Shown: positions 49,301-58,343, numbered from the stretch's first letter. The stretch is DNA of 64,000 nucleotides from Chitinophagaceae bacterium (GCA_947454235.1 CANGIY010000019.1:627-64626); one strand, 5' to 3'. Notes: generated from the letters alone by a model not told the origin. Program-made: numbers and translations.

Positions 49301-51036
49301 ACCATTTGTTTAATTACTACAGTGCTGTTAAAGTAAGACTGGATACAGCTTTTTCTGTAAGTAATAAAACACATTGCAAAGTAGAGGTTACACCAAGAAA
49401 TTTCGTAGACCCTGAGCCTTCAGACAATGTTGTTTACATGAACAATGAAGTGCGTGGCTCGTGGGACCCTAATATGATTGAGGTAGCTCCTGCGGGATAT
49501 GGTCCTGAAGGTTATGTGCCACAGGGAACTGAATTTGCTTACAATATTCATTTTCAAAATACAGGGACTGCCGCAGCGCGTCGTGTACGGATCATGGATA
49601 CTATTGATGCTTCTTTGAACATTTACTCTTTACAAATTGTAAATTCAAGTGCTCCGGTTCAAATCGTTGATTATGGCAATCGTACAATCGGATTCTTGTT
49701 TTATGACATCAACTTGCCGGATAGCGGTGCTGACCAAAAGGGCAGCAATGGATATGTGACATTTGCGATTGCACCAAATGAAAATTTGAATCCGGGAACA
49801 CAAATAAGAAACAGGGCAGGTATTTATTTCGACTACAATACTGTTGTGCTTACAAATACAGTCTTAAATACCATTGAGGATACTGTTTGTACCATTGCAG
49901 GAAGGGATTCGGTTTGTACTAACGGCTCCTATACTTATACACCAAGTGTTGCAGGCGGAGTGTTTACAAGTACTACCAGCAATGTGACATTACACGGAAA
50001 TGTGGTTACGCCACAAAATACAGGTAGAGATACACTTGTGTACACGCTTTATGGTGGCGATTTGTCTGCAATGCAACCAATTACAATACTTGCATTACCC
50101 GATAGGGCACTTGATAGTATTTATGGTGCATCAAAAGTGTGCGAAGGTGCAACGATACAAATAAATAGTGTGGGTACAGGTGGTGTTTGGTCAATGTCTA
50201 ATAATTTAGCAAATGTATCGAATGGTGTTGTTACAGGTATACGTGCAGGTATTGATAGTGTGATTTACACTATGACTAACTATTGCGGTTCTGTTGCACA
50301 TTCATTGCCGATTGAGGTGGCCCCTAAGCACATCACTGCAACTTTGACGGGTGCGACAAGTGTATGTGAAGGTGCGGGTATCCAATTAAACTCAAGTAAT
50401 ACAACAGGAGTTTGGTTCACTACCAATTCAAATGCAACAATCGACAATAACGGACTTGTGAGTGGGGTAACAGCAGGTGCTGTAGACATTAAGTATGCCA
50501 TAACGCACTATTGCGGCATAGATACTTTTACGCTTTCAGAAGAGGTTCTTCCGCTTCCGCATGCAGGTACAATCTCTGGTATTTCCGAAATACACCTCGA
50601 CAGTCTGACAGTGTTGTCAGCTACCAATGCTGGTGGTATTTGGGTGCCAGGTAATCGCGATTTATTGACAATTGACAGCTTTGGTAATGCGCACGCAACG
50701 GGTATTGGCACTACGACAATTTATTACGTTGTTACGAATACGTGTGGTTCAGACACAGCACAGCATACTTTAAAAGTGCTAGGCAATCACTTGCCAAACA
50801 ATCAGATGTTCATGGTAGTACCGAATCCTAACAGCGGATCGTTTACCATTAAGCTTGATTGCAATGGTTGTTCTGCGAATATTAGAATGATTGATATGGC
50901 AGGTAGAACTGTCTTAAATAAACAAATGCAAACTTCTTCTGAAGAATTCAACTTACATGGCATTCCGACAGGAATGTACAATGTGGAGGTTAATTTGAAT
51001 GGCGAAGTATTTGTATCACGGGTGGTGGTTGAATAG
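46366..51036 (+). CDS. T9SS-secreted multidomain surface protein (NHL-like beta-propeller, 2 PKD-like, DUF11-like domain, 4 Big_2-like Ig, type-A CTD)
   Basis: Signal peptide. Propeller-like blades at about 46.6-47.5 kb. FGDG...H(V/T)Y..(G)IY PKD signatures near 47.65 and 48.57 kb. WDPNMIEVAP...YNIHFQNTGTAAARRVRIMDTID...GYVTFAI...AGIYFDYN at about 49.45-49.88 kb. C-terminal VVPNPNSGSFTIKL...MYNVEV. Confidence 0.85.
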   Translation: MKKNLCLAAVVSLLLITPFLSHAHRDKLHKINNRAEYAVDASHPEMDGVSVDSSKVNVNYLQKTSSGDIFYASKVGIGGGDGSTTRWVIRKIDHTTQKVFLVAGNTVPGTTSVASTTPQLASSIKILDCEGLGINPSGDVLFVSNGNLVKVDHSNGRAVIVASCPTSSACIMPNGKIYYNGSGTLQLLTPVGSSYSTSIPTVNLGAGSAPFSATNMTLKCDHHNNLFIFDGSRILKVDTSGTATVLLNSVPSRDSLVGIYDDTTYLSCTSDGVSVRSKFALNSNNSIGNGIVDFCADDSANIYYTTGVGIKKVNIATGMVNTVAGNNVSNNTPGHISSSNDTLCTDTLNLGFSGLLVDYDGGLMANTVDGRIVKFDELYNNTMVARVIHHRTTPRNAIPAVLGTSIYLTHIRGAHVGDSATVSIVFGDGTNGQVRLAYWSYIDGGETFYGLGDTTSSHFSHVYTYPGIYTQSYNVADPAGLVLAISGNAHRVSGGGTRNIERIAPTDEGVDPPSAIRTNLSIISPNCSRNVLLRVELSGYGFARHLCDPSHDTVFFKCNLNNGCNFDTGIYSNFFDSTMAFKVGGFSSALSSIQYDLFDTVYFYPFHFVDTIDVDSSRFFYGDSTLNVFKMLFSPIEVISSSDLLPMNYEFRFQTSSPDVNEPRETEIWDEYLLWDYRTFRYSVTLRPVQCWRPALIKRDLLNVGVVRHSTALFSIADYLFGNFGSLNTDTAIVDFGDGALGAYVSSAHTDEPLGGRTITFDTIRHTYAHDGIYRVKIYRPSASVICDTLFRDVYIGSVCPLNLGYYQDDNSNCHHDSSEINLREWSSVLVDETTHDTSVVYNGGLYIIDGHEYRLFPNPTGFYHYRGADSLTLTCYDTASLHFTAHYPNRYNFDFGFGCTTRSTFDVGIKAWAHAFIPGDTGVISAWSSNAFGYTCGNDSATVIMTLDSALTYVGMQEGPNPTSITGNILRWDFHTANHLFNYYSAVKVRLDTAFSVSNKTHCKVEVTPRNFVDPEPSDNVVYMNNEVRGSWDPNMIEVAPAGYGPEGYVPQGTEFAYNIHFQNTGTAAARRVRIMDTIDASLNIYSLQIVNSSAPVQIVDYGNRTIGFLFYDINLPDSGADQKGSNGYVTFAIAPNENLNPGTQIRNRAGIYFDYNTVVLTNTVLNTIEDTVCTIAGRDSVCTNGSYTYTPSVAGGVFTSTTSNVTLHGNVVTPQNTGRDTLVYTLYGGDLSAMQPITILALPDRALDSIYGASKVCEGATIQINSVGTGGVWSMSNNLANVSNGVVTGIRAGIDSVIYTMTNYCGSVAHSLPIEVAPKHITATLTGATSVCEGAGIQLNSSNTTGVWFTTNSNATIDNNGLVSGVTAGAVDIKYAITHYCGIDTFTLSEEVLPLPHAGTISGISEIHLDSLTVLSATNAGGIWVPGNRDLLTIDSFGNAHATGIGTTTIYYVVTNTCGSDTAQHTLKVLGNHLPNNQMFMVVPNPNSGSFTIKLDCNGCSANIRMIDMAGRTVLNKQMQTSSEEFNLHGIPTGMYNVEVNLNGEVFVSRVVVE

Positions 51037-51068
51037 TAATTTTCAGTTTTTAAAATGCCGGAGGTGCT

Positions 51069-52430
51069 TTAAGCGGTGCTTCCGGTATTTTTATTTTCAG
51101 GGTGCCCAAAGAGTTTTTCCTTGATGAAAAATACAATAATACCAGTACCTATAACACCACCTGCAATTGCCATATTCGTTGCCTTTTGGGTAGTAAAAAT
51201 GTAAATCCAAAGTATAATAGAGATGATTGCCGGTATAGGGAAGAGTGACATTTTAAAGTGCGCCGGTTCATTTTTTATTTTGCTTCGCCACATAATAAGC
51301 CCTACCGCCTGTGCTATAAACTGAACCGGAATTCTGATGACTAAAATAGCTGCAATGGTTTCTTTCAAATCCATTGAAACAGCCAGCACCATGGCGATTG
51401 CTGATAAGATGAGGAGCGAAACATAAGGGAATTCCAGCCTTGGGTGCAGCTTACCGAATATAGGAAAGAAGTCACCTCGCTCGGCAGCGGCATAAGGAAT
51501 GCGTGAGTAGCCCAGTGTGGCTGAAAACAACGAAGCGCCGGCAACAATTAAAATAAGTACTGTAGCGACTTCACCCACTAAGCGGCTGCCATAGATGGTT
51601 TGGAAGTAAAGGCTACCAACAAATTCTGAGTTTTTGATGGTTTCCCATGGAAGCACACCAAGTATTACCACCTGCATTGATAAGTATAGAAACGTGATAC
51701 CGCCTATGGAAATCATAATGGTGCGGGGGATATTTACCTGAGGGTTTTTGATTTCAGCACCCAGGTGGCAGACATTATAATAGCCAAGATAAGAATACAC
51801 CGATTTTAAAGAAGCCATACCAAGTGCAGTATAAAACAGGTCGTTAGACGAAAAACGTTCGGTGTGCCAGTCGGTTACCTGCTGCAAATGAAAATGAGGC
51901 AACCCCGAGAATATGAGCCATAGGATGGTGCCCCCCGTAATAATCCATAACAATACTGAAATGCGACCAATATTCTTGATGTTCCTATACAGCAATAAAA
52001 CAATCAATGCTATAAGTGCTATTGCAGCGAGTTTCTTTTGCGTAGCTGTAAGGTCAATAAGGTAGCTCAGGTATTTAGAAAAACCCAAGGCTCCACTTGC
52101 AATTACAAGTGGCGCTTGAATAGTAGTTTGCCAAATAAACAAAAACGACATCAATGCACCGGCTTTAAATGGCTCATACAATTTGCGTAAGAAAACGTAA
52201 CTGCCACCCGCTGCCGGCCACCTTGAGCCCATTTCGGCCCAAACCATTCCATCCATAAACGAAAGCACCGCACCTAGTACCCAGGCAAGCAATGCCATAG
52301 GTCCGTTCATGTATGATACTATCATACTCGTAGTTACAAACGGACCAATACCCACCATGTCAATCATATTGACGGCCGTAGCTTGTAAGAGCGATAGCTT
52401 CTTTTCGGGCTGCACATTGAGTTCTGCCAT
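51069..52430 (-). CDS. APC-superfamily amino acid permease
   Basis: 453 aa with 12 TM segments. The N-terminal LSLLQATAVNMIDMVGIGPF is typical of APC transporters. Confidence 0.8.
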   Translation of the reverse strand: MAELNVQPEKKLSLLQATAVNMIDMVGIGPFVTTSMIVSYMNGPMALLAWVLGAVLSFMDGMVWAEMGSRWPAAGGSYVFLRKLYEPFKAGALMSFLFIWQTTIQAPLVIASGALGFSKYLSYLIDLTATQKKLAAIALIALIVLLLYRNIKNIGRISVLLWIITGGTILWLIFSGLPHFHLQQVTDWHTERFSSNDLFYTALGMASLKSVYSYLGYYNVCHLGAEIKNPQVNIPRTIMISIGGITFLYLSMQVVILGVLPWETIKNSEFVGSLYFQTIYGSRLVGEVATVLILIVAGASLFSATLGYSRIPYAAAERGDFFPIFGKLHPRLEFPYVSLLILSAIAMVLAVSMDLKETIAAILVIRIPVQFIAQAVGLIMWRSKIKNEPAHFKMSLFPIPAIISIILWIYIFTTQKATNMAIAGGVIGTGIIVFFIKEKLFGHPENKNTGSTA

Positions 52431-52494
52431 AGCTGCAATTTAGAAATTTAGTCGCTAAATCAATGGGGTAAACTTTTTATAGGTACATGCAATT

Positions 52495-52524
52495 AAAAAC
52501 GGAGCACCTTTTGAGTACTCCGTT
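52495..52524 (-). terminator. hairpin plus T-run after kynA (weak terminator)
   Basis: On the minus strand the AACGGAG...CTCCGTT stem is followed by TTTT. Confidence 0.5.
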
Positions 52525-52544
52525 TCACATAAGATTAGTGCAGT

Positions 52545-53576
52545 TTACCAGCCATACCCTAAGTCTTTAACTAAATTTTCAGGCAGAGTAGGAAGTTGAT
52601 TGCGAGGCAACAAGAATGAGTTCAGTTCTGCAAGTTCTTTAAACACATAGTGCGAATCGGCGGCACCTTTTAGGTAGGCTGCACCAGTGCTTCCGCCTGT
52701 TCCTACACGCTTACCTATGGTACGTTGAACGGTATGTATGTGCCTGTGACGCCACAAAGAAAGTTGTTCATCTATCTCCAGCAATGTGCTCAATAGCTCG
52801 TAAGGTAATTGAAGCAATGGGTAATCGCGGTACAGCATAATAAACAATGCATTGCGCGATGCTTTTGCTGAAAACTGGCGTTCTGCAGGATATTCGCTAT
52901 CGTTAATGAACAGCATATCGAACAAAGAAAGGTTTTGTTGTTCGCCATCTCTTAAGCTAGCTTCATACGCCTTTCTGTAGTGGTTCCAGAAAGTACCGTC
53001 AGTATTTTTCCAGTAATCTTCTTTATACATAAAAGGCATGCGTTCAAGCCAGTTGTTGAGCAATACCAATAGTGATTGTTCGCTTTCGGCTTTTTTAACT
53101 CTGTCAACATCTTCGGGTGTTAGTTGAGAAAGGTAGTACGCTTTGCCGTGGCGCTGGTCGTACTGTAAGCCAAGGGTCGCCTCAATAATTTTGAATTGTA
53201 TGCTTTGAAATCCTGATGCAGGGCGCAATAAATCGCGGAAGTCAAGGAAATCGAGTGGTGTCATCGTTTCGAGAATACCCATTTGCATCACCAAAACTTC
53301 AAGAATCCTGCATACACGTTTTAGCCTGTGCAGGCTGTTGTAGATATCAGGGCCGCTGTTATTGATGCTGTTTTGTTTGAACACTTCTCTTACAATACCA
53401 AGCTCATGCAGAATTTGTTTAAACCACAGCTCATACGATTGGTGTATGATGATGAACATCATTTCATCGTCGGCTCTTATTCCGTCTTTTTCACTTTCCG
53501 GAAGTTGGGCATCAAGTATTTTCTGCAATTGCAGGTATTCAGAATAGTAAACAGGTTTGCGCTCTTTTGAATTCAT
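52545..53576 (-). CDS. kynA: tryptophan 2,3-dioxygenase
   Basis: ATG at 53576 (MNSKERKPVYYSEYLQLQKILDAQ). HQSYELWFKQILHEL and the heme-ligand region WRHRHIHTVQRTIGKRVGTGGSTGAAYL are present. Confidence 0.85.
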   Translation of the reverse strand: MNSKERKPVYYSEYLQLQKILDAQLPESEKDGIRADDEMMFIIIHQSYELWFKQILHELGIVREVFKQNSINNSGPDIYNSLHRLKRVCRILEVLVMQMGILETMTPLDFLDFRDLLRPASGFQSIQFKIIEATLGLQYDQRHGKAYYLSQLTPEDVDRVKKAESEQSLLVLLNNWLERMPFMYKEDYWKNTDGTFWNHYRKAYEASLRDGEQQNLSLFDMLFINDSEYPAERQFSAKASRNALFIMLYRDYPLLQLPYELLSTLLEIDEQLSLWRHRHIHTVQRTIGKRVGTGGSTGAAYLKGAADSHYVFKELAELNSFLLPRNQLPTLPENLVKDLGYGW

Positions 53577-53651
53577 GATGGAAAAGTACGAAGATTTTGT
53601 AATTGAAAGGCGGCATGTCACAAGCTGTGGGTAATACCTAACCCTAGTGTG

Positions 53652-53687
53652 AAAAAAGCAAAGGCTACCCGTCGAAGAGTAGCCTTT
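53652..53687 (-). terminator. intrinsic terminator after the Ig-repeat lipoprotein gene
   Basis: AAAGGCTAC...GTAGCCTTT stem followed by GCTTTTTT on the minus strand. Confidence 0.7.
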
Positions 53688-53707
53688 ACTGTCAAGAAAA
53701 AATGAGT

Positions 53708-55186
53708 TTACAACGACACGTTTACAGTAATCGTAGTTTGAACACCACCATTACAAATTGTAATAATTGCTGTACCCGGAGAAGTTGCTACGAGGTTGCC
53801 TGAATCATCAACGCTACAAACGGCCATTGCATCAGAGCAATAATGAAGTGTAGCGCCGCTTACAGGGTTGTTAGATGCATCTAAAGCCTGAGCAGATATA
53901 GTTGCAGTTGGGTTCGACATAATGCTCAATGAAACAGTAGTAGGGGAAGTAACACCTATGTGTGTAACACCAGCAGCAGTAGTACCGCAATCGCAAGTGC
54001 TAACAGTAATCATTGCAACACCCGGTTGAACGGTTGGAGAAGCAGCGGAAGCCATAACAATGCTTGATAAACCCGGAGTTGCTGAAGAACGCATTGTTAC
54101 AACACCGCTCGCATCTACTGTAGCGATATCAAAAATTGGAATGCCAAATGTAGGTACTGCCCATGTGAGTGAAGGGTTAGGAATAACGCTCAAAGTTTTA
54201 TCAGAGTGGTTTACTTTGTAAGTAGTAGCTGTGAAAGCTTTTGTAGCACCTGCTGCAATTGAAGCCCAGTTTGGTGCAAGTATGATTGCTGTATCTGGTA
54301 AAACATCAATCTCCGCTTGTCCGGTAATACCGCTTACTGTTGCTGTAACTACTGTTCTACCAAGACCTAACGCTGTTACGCGACCTGAACCATCAACAGT
54401 AGCAATAGTAGCGTCTTGAACAGCCCAAGTAGCCGTTCCTGAAACAATACTACCATTTGCATCGTAAGCTTTAGCAGTAAGCGTAGTGTTATCGCCCTTA
54501 AATAACTCGTTTGAAACCGGAGTTACACCAACTCTCATTACAGGCAATGTTATTGAAGGTGTACCTGTAACCATTACCGGAACAGTTACAACTGGTGAGC
54601 CGGTCAAACCACTTGCAGTAACGGTAATCGTACAGTTGCCTGCTTTGTTGAAAGTGACTACACCACTTGCGTCAACTGAAGCTACAGTAGCATCGCTTGA
54701 AGCATAAGAATAAGTAGTGGTTCCTGTACCAATGTAAACTGGTGTAAGGGAAATTGTACCTGCATTTGTTGTCCAGATAATAGCTGATGGTACAACTGTG
54801 AATAACGTTGGAGTATAAACACCAACAGGAACTGATGCTGTAATCGTGGTTCCGTTTACTGTAGTTGAAGCTGTAATAGTACCTGAACCAGTACCCGAGC
54901 CAGTGAAAATGTTGCCGCTGAAGCTACCAATGCTGGCTCCACCTGTTCCACTCGCCGTCCAGGTAATGCTGGAAGGGGTAGTAACGTTGCCGTTTTTGTC
55001 CACCAAAACAGCGTTGTACATTACTGCGTTTCCCGGTGCGATGTTCAAGGCACCGGTAGTGATGGAAAGTACCGACTGAGTACTTGAATTGTTGTTGGAA
55101 TCGTCACCTTTTTTACAGCCGACCCATGTTGTGATTGCACCAAAAGAAAGTGCAGCAAGAAGAAAGAAAGCAATGAACTTTTTCAT
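53708..55186 (-). CDS. surface lipoprotein with multiple Big_2-like Ig domains
   Basis: Signal peptide plus Cys (AITTWVGCKK). There are about 5 repeats of the ...A(S/T)VD.SG.VT....G...I(T)A... type characteristic of bacterial Ig-like group 2 domains. Confidence 0.7.
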   Translation of the reverse strand: MKKFIAFFLLAALSFGAITTWVGCKKGDDSNNNSSTQSVLSITTGALNIAPGNAVMYNAVLVDKNGNVTTPSSITWTASGTGGASIGSFSGNIFTGSGTGSGTITASTTVNGTTITASVPVGVYTPTLFTVVPSAIIWTTNAGTISLTPVYIGTGTTTYSYASSDATVASVDASGVVTFNKAGNCTITVTASGLTGSPVVTVPVMVTGTPSITLPVMRVGVTPVSNELFKGDNTTLTAKAYDANGSIVSGTATWAVQDATIATVDGSGRVTALGLGRTVVTATVSGITGQAEIDVLPDTAIILAPNWASIAAGATKAFTATTYKVNHSDKTLSVIPNPSLTWAVPTFGIPIFDIATVDASGVVTMRSSATPGLSSIVMASAASPTVQPGVAMITVSTCDCGTTAAGVTHIGVTSPTTVSLSIMSNPTATISAQALDASNNPVSGATLHYCSDAMAVCSVDDSGNLVATSPGTAIITICNGGVQTTITVNVSL

Positions 55187-55229
55187 TTTTTTCGAATTGT
55201 GGTTTTTAAAACAATTGACTTTGTGACTG

Positions 55230-55237
55230 CAAAAATA
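55230..55237 (-). promoter_or_regulatory. candidate -7 box (TATTTTTG) for the lipoprotein gene
   Basis: TAnnTTTG on the minus strand, 43 nt upstream of the ATG at 55186. Confidence 0.35.
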
Positions 55238-55261
55238 TTACCTGAAACTATGGAAGTCGTT

Positions 55262-55304
55262 AAAAAATGTTGCGTTTACATGTACAATTGTTGCAAACGC
55301 AACA
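55262..55304 (-). terminator. intrinsic terminator after the hybrid kinase gene
   Basis: Perfect 10-bp inverted repeat TGTTGCGTTT (55268-77) / AAACGCAACA (55295-304), followed by T6 on the minus strand. Confidence 0.65.
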
Positions 55305-55345
55305 TAATTGCATTTTCAGCCACTATAAATACACAGGTTGCGGTA

Positions 55346-57955
55346 TTAGCGCACTTCTTTACTTGGAGGGTAGCCAAAATAATCGGAGTAACATTTAGTA
55401 AAATAAGACTGAGATGTGAAACCGGTTTGGTAAGCGATTTCAGTGATGTTGCCTTCTTTGTTCAAAAGCAATTGTTGCGCGCGCTCCATGCGTGCCTTTC
55501 TAATAAATTCAGAAGGCGAAAGGCCAGTAAGCGTCTTTAATTTTCTTTGAAAGTGGCTACGGTTTACAAACATTTTATCGGCAAGCATTTCAACAGAAAG
55601 CAGGGCATTGTCGAGGTTTGAGACTACCAGTTCCAGGCACTTTTGTACAAATGGGTCTTGTATTGTTTCAGTCATCTGCAACTCTGTTGCCTTGGTTTCT
55701 GTTGGTGTTGTTTTAAACAAAGCCCTCGTTTTTTCAAGCAGCGCAAGTTGGCTTTTTATAGATGCGAGTAATTCAGCTGGTTGGAATGGTTTTGGTAGGT
55801 ACACTTGTGCGCCACCCAAAATAGCAGAAAGTCGGGCGTCAGATGCTGAGCGAGCACTTAAAATAATAACCGGTATGTGTTCGGTAACTGTGTTGGTCCT
55901 TATTTGTTCCAGCAAAGCGATGCCATCCATTTCTGGCATCATCAGGTCGGTTACAATAATGTCGGGCAATGTATCATTCAATATTTGAACGGCCATTTTT
56001 CCATGCTCGGCACAAACGATGTTGAATCCTTCCTTGGTGAGCCATTGTTGGTTGAAATTCCGGGTCTCGGTGTCGTCTTCAACAATTAAAATAGTAGGTC
56101 CGTCATTGTTGGTTTTTTGAATGCCTGACGATGGCACCTTGCGCAAAGGAAAAGTGACAGTAAATGCCGCTCCATGTCCTTTTTCACTCACCACCTCAAT
56201 GCTGCCATTCATGAGGGCAACAAGTTCCTTCACCAAAGAAAGCCCAATGCCTATCCCTTTTACTTGATTGGATTCCTGCGATTTTACACGATAAAATCTT
56301 TCAAAAATATGCGCTTGTTCGTTTTTGTCAATGCCGGTACCGCTGTCCCAAACTGTTATTTTCGCCAGATTTTGTTCATCAACTTTTACGTCAAACCCAA
56401 CATCGCCTTTTGGGGTGTATTTAATGGCATTGTCTAGCAGGTTGGTCATTACTTTTTCGAGTGCATCTCTGTCAAAGAAAAATTCGGTGCTTTCTAAGTC
56501 AATCGTTGAATGGAACTTCAGATTGGCGTTCTTGCTTTTCAGCGTATAGCGTGCGCCCATGTCATTGACGAACTGCTTGAAGTTACCCGGTTGCTCATTC
56601 AATTTGTACGCTCCTGAATCAGCTTTTGATATGTCAAGCATTTGGTTGATGAGTTCATTCAGGCGTTGAATGCTGCGATTGGCTACTTGAAGTTGTTGTT
56701 GGGTTTCGCTGTCGGTAGTTGTAGATTCCAGTAAAAGGCTAACGGGTGCCTGAATCATACCCAAAGGAGTGCGTATTTCATGGGCTACATTTGCAAAGAA
56801 TTTTTCTTTCGCTTTTTCCACTTCCTGGCTCACCTGTTTTTCAAATTTCGCTTTTTGCCTCATAATGAGAACTACTGATACAAGTGCAATTACCAATATA
56901 ATGATAATCAGGTTTGTCGTTTTTAGCCGTTCTGAACGCAGTTCTGATTCTTTGAGTTGCGCGTTTTGTTCTTGTATTGTTGCCCTGTTTTTTTCAGTCT
57001 GAAACTGTTTATCAAGGTTTACGACATAGCTGTTAAAGTCGCTTTGCAACAGCGAGTCGTTCATGGTTGCATATAAATATAAGTAGTTGTATGCGTTTTT
57101 GAAATCGTTCATGGCGGCATAGTCTTCAGCCATGGTTCCGTACACGTGTGCGAGATCTTTGGTATGCCCAAACATTTTTGCCGAGCTTTCCGCTTGTTTG
57201 TAGTAATCCATCGCTTTTTGGAAGTGTTGTTGCGACTCTTCCAGATAGCCAAGATTGAAGGTGACTTTATACAACTGATGTTGTTCGTGGGTGGCAACCC
57301 AAATATCGCGGGCTAACAAATAGTAGTACTTCGTTGAGTCCAGCCTTTGCATGAGTTGCATCAGCGAGCCACGATTCAGGTAGTAATAGCCCTTATTGAA
57401 TGTATCGTTATTGCGGGAAAGTATATCTGCAACGCGGTTAAGGATGTATTGTGCAGAATCATACTTTTTGAGTTCCTGATAAACGTTGGAGATATTGATG
57501 AGTGGGTCTATAACGCTATCCCTGTTTTGGTAACTAATGCGTGTTTCATATTCCTTTGTGTAATATTCCAGACTTTGGCGGTAAAGGCCTTGTGAGAGGT
57601 ACGCAAAACCAAGTTCTTTGTAAATGAATGCGGCTTGTTTATTATAAGCAGGAAGCCGACAAATTTTAAGTACTTCAAAATAAATGTCTACTGCTTCCTT
57701 GCGTTTTTTTAAATGGAAAAGGCAACGGCCTTTCGCTGCCATTGCAGACACAATGAGTTGAGTGTCTTTTGCTTCAGTAGCCAGCTTAAGGGCATAGTTC
57801 GCCATCAACAGCGAAGAATCGTGGTTGTTGGAATTAGAAAGCCTTTTTTGGGCATTTAATGCCTCTCTTATTTTTTCTTGTTGCGAGTATGCGTGGCCCG
57901 ATGAAAAGAAAATTATTGCAAGTACGGCCGCAAAAACAACCCCGATTTTTGCCAT
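55346..57955 (-). CDS. one-polypeptide two-component system: TPR sensor, histidine kinase, receiver, AraC-type HTH
   Basis: Signal peptide, about 330 aa of TPR-like repeats, a TM segment (LIIIILVIALVSVVLIM), the H box FFANVAHEIRTPL, an HATPase (GTGI...GIGIGLSLV), a receiver (VTDLMMPEMDG...KP) and a C-terminal AraC HTH (LSPSEFIRKARMERAQQLL...GFTSQSYFTKCY). Confidence 0.85.
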   Translation of the reverse strand: MAKIGVVFAAVLAIIFFSSGHAYSQQEKIREALNAQKRLSNSNNHDSSLLMANYALKLATEAKDTQLIVSAMAAKGRCLFHLKKRKEAVDIYFEVLKICRLPAYNKQAAFIYKELGFAYLSQGLYRQSLEYYTKEYETRISYQNRDSVIDPLINISNVYQELKKYDSAQYILNRVADILSRNNDTFNKGYYYLNRGSLMQLMQRLDSTKYYYLLARDIWVATHEQHQLYKVTFNLGYLEESQQHFQKAMDYYKQAESSAKMFGHTKDLAHVYGTMAEDYAAMNDFKNAYNYLYLYATMNDSLLQSDFNSYVVNLDKQFQTEKNRATIQEQNAQLKESELRSERLKTTNLIIIILVIALVSVVLIMRQKAKFEKQVSQEVEKAKEKFFANVAHEIRTPLGMIQAPVSLLLESTTTDSETQQQLQVANRSIQRLNELINQMLDISKADSGAYKLNEQPGNFKQFVNDMGARYTLKSKNANLKFHSTIDLESTEFFFDRDALEKVMTNLLDNAIKYTPKGDVGFDVKVDEQNLAKITVWDSGTGIDKNEQAHIFERFYRVKSQESNQVKGIGIGLSLVKELVALMNGSIEVVSEKGHGAAFTVTFPLRKVPSSGIQKTNNDGPTILIVEDDTETRNFNQQWLTKEGFNIVCAEHGKMAVQILNDTLPDIIVTDLMMPEMDGIALLEQIRTNTVTEHIPVIILSARSASDARLSAILGGAQVYLPKPFQPAELLASIKSQLALLEKTRALFKTTPTETKATELQMTETIQDPFVQKCLELVVSNLDNALLSVEMLADKMFVNRSHFQRKLKTLTGLSPSEFIRKARMERAQQLLLNKEGNITEIAYQTGFTSQSYFTKCYSDYFGYPPSKEVR

Positions 57956-58122
57956 TCAGGTTTTATTTATTTCTGTTTTGCAGAACAATTTTTATGCCAC
58001 GAAAGTAGCTAACTAATTACCAATAATTGTCTCATGGCTTTTAAATTTTCATAAAGTAATGGAATTGAACATTTAGCAGCCTGTGGTTTAATAAAAGCAG
58101 TGTGAGAAATAATAGTTTTTAT

Positions 58123-58130
58123 TATTTTTG
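58123..58130 (+). promoter_or_regulatory. candidate -7 box (TATTTTTG) 6 nt upstream of a small-ORF ATG
   Basis: TAnnTTTG ends at 58130 and the ATG is at 58137. Confidence 0.35.
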
Positions 58131-58136
58131 GCTTCT

Positions 58137-58289
58137 ATGAAGTACAAAATATTCAAAGCCGTATCGTTTGTGCTGTTTTGCACTTTTTTGGTGTCATGTG
58201 GGTCGTCTACTCGCCAGCCTTGGCGCATGAAAAGGTTCAATCGCGGACAAAGTGGTGAAGGCCGATACTGGTATTCAAGAGGTTGGTAG
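58137..58289 (+). CDS. possible 50-aa lipoprotein
   Basis: Hand translation gives MKYKIFKAVSFVLFCTFLVSCGSSTRQPWRMKRFNRGQSGEGRYWYSRGW, with an LVSC lipobox. It falls below the track cut-off. Confidence 0.35.
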   Translation: MKYKIFKAVSFVLFCTFLVSCGSSTRQPWRMKRFNRGQSGEGRYWYSRGW

Positions 58290-58343
58290 GTTTACCACCT
58301 TCGAATGCACTTTTTAATCTGATGCCCGAAAGGGTATTTCAAT

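Noticed and set aside
55199-55540. 113-aa plus-strand ORF spanning the kinase/lipoprotein spacer
   Set aside because: It overlaps the terminator, the promoter box and the AraC-HTH coding end of the kinase on the opposite strand, and it has no motif.
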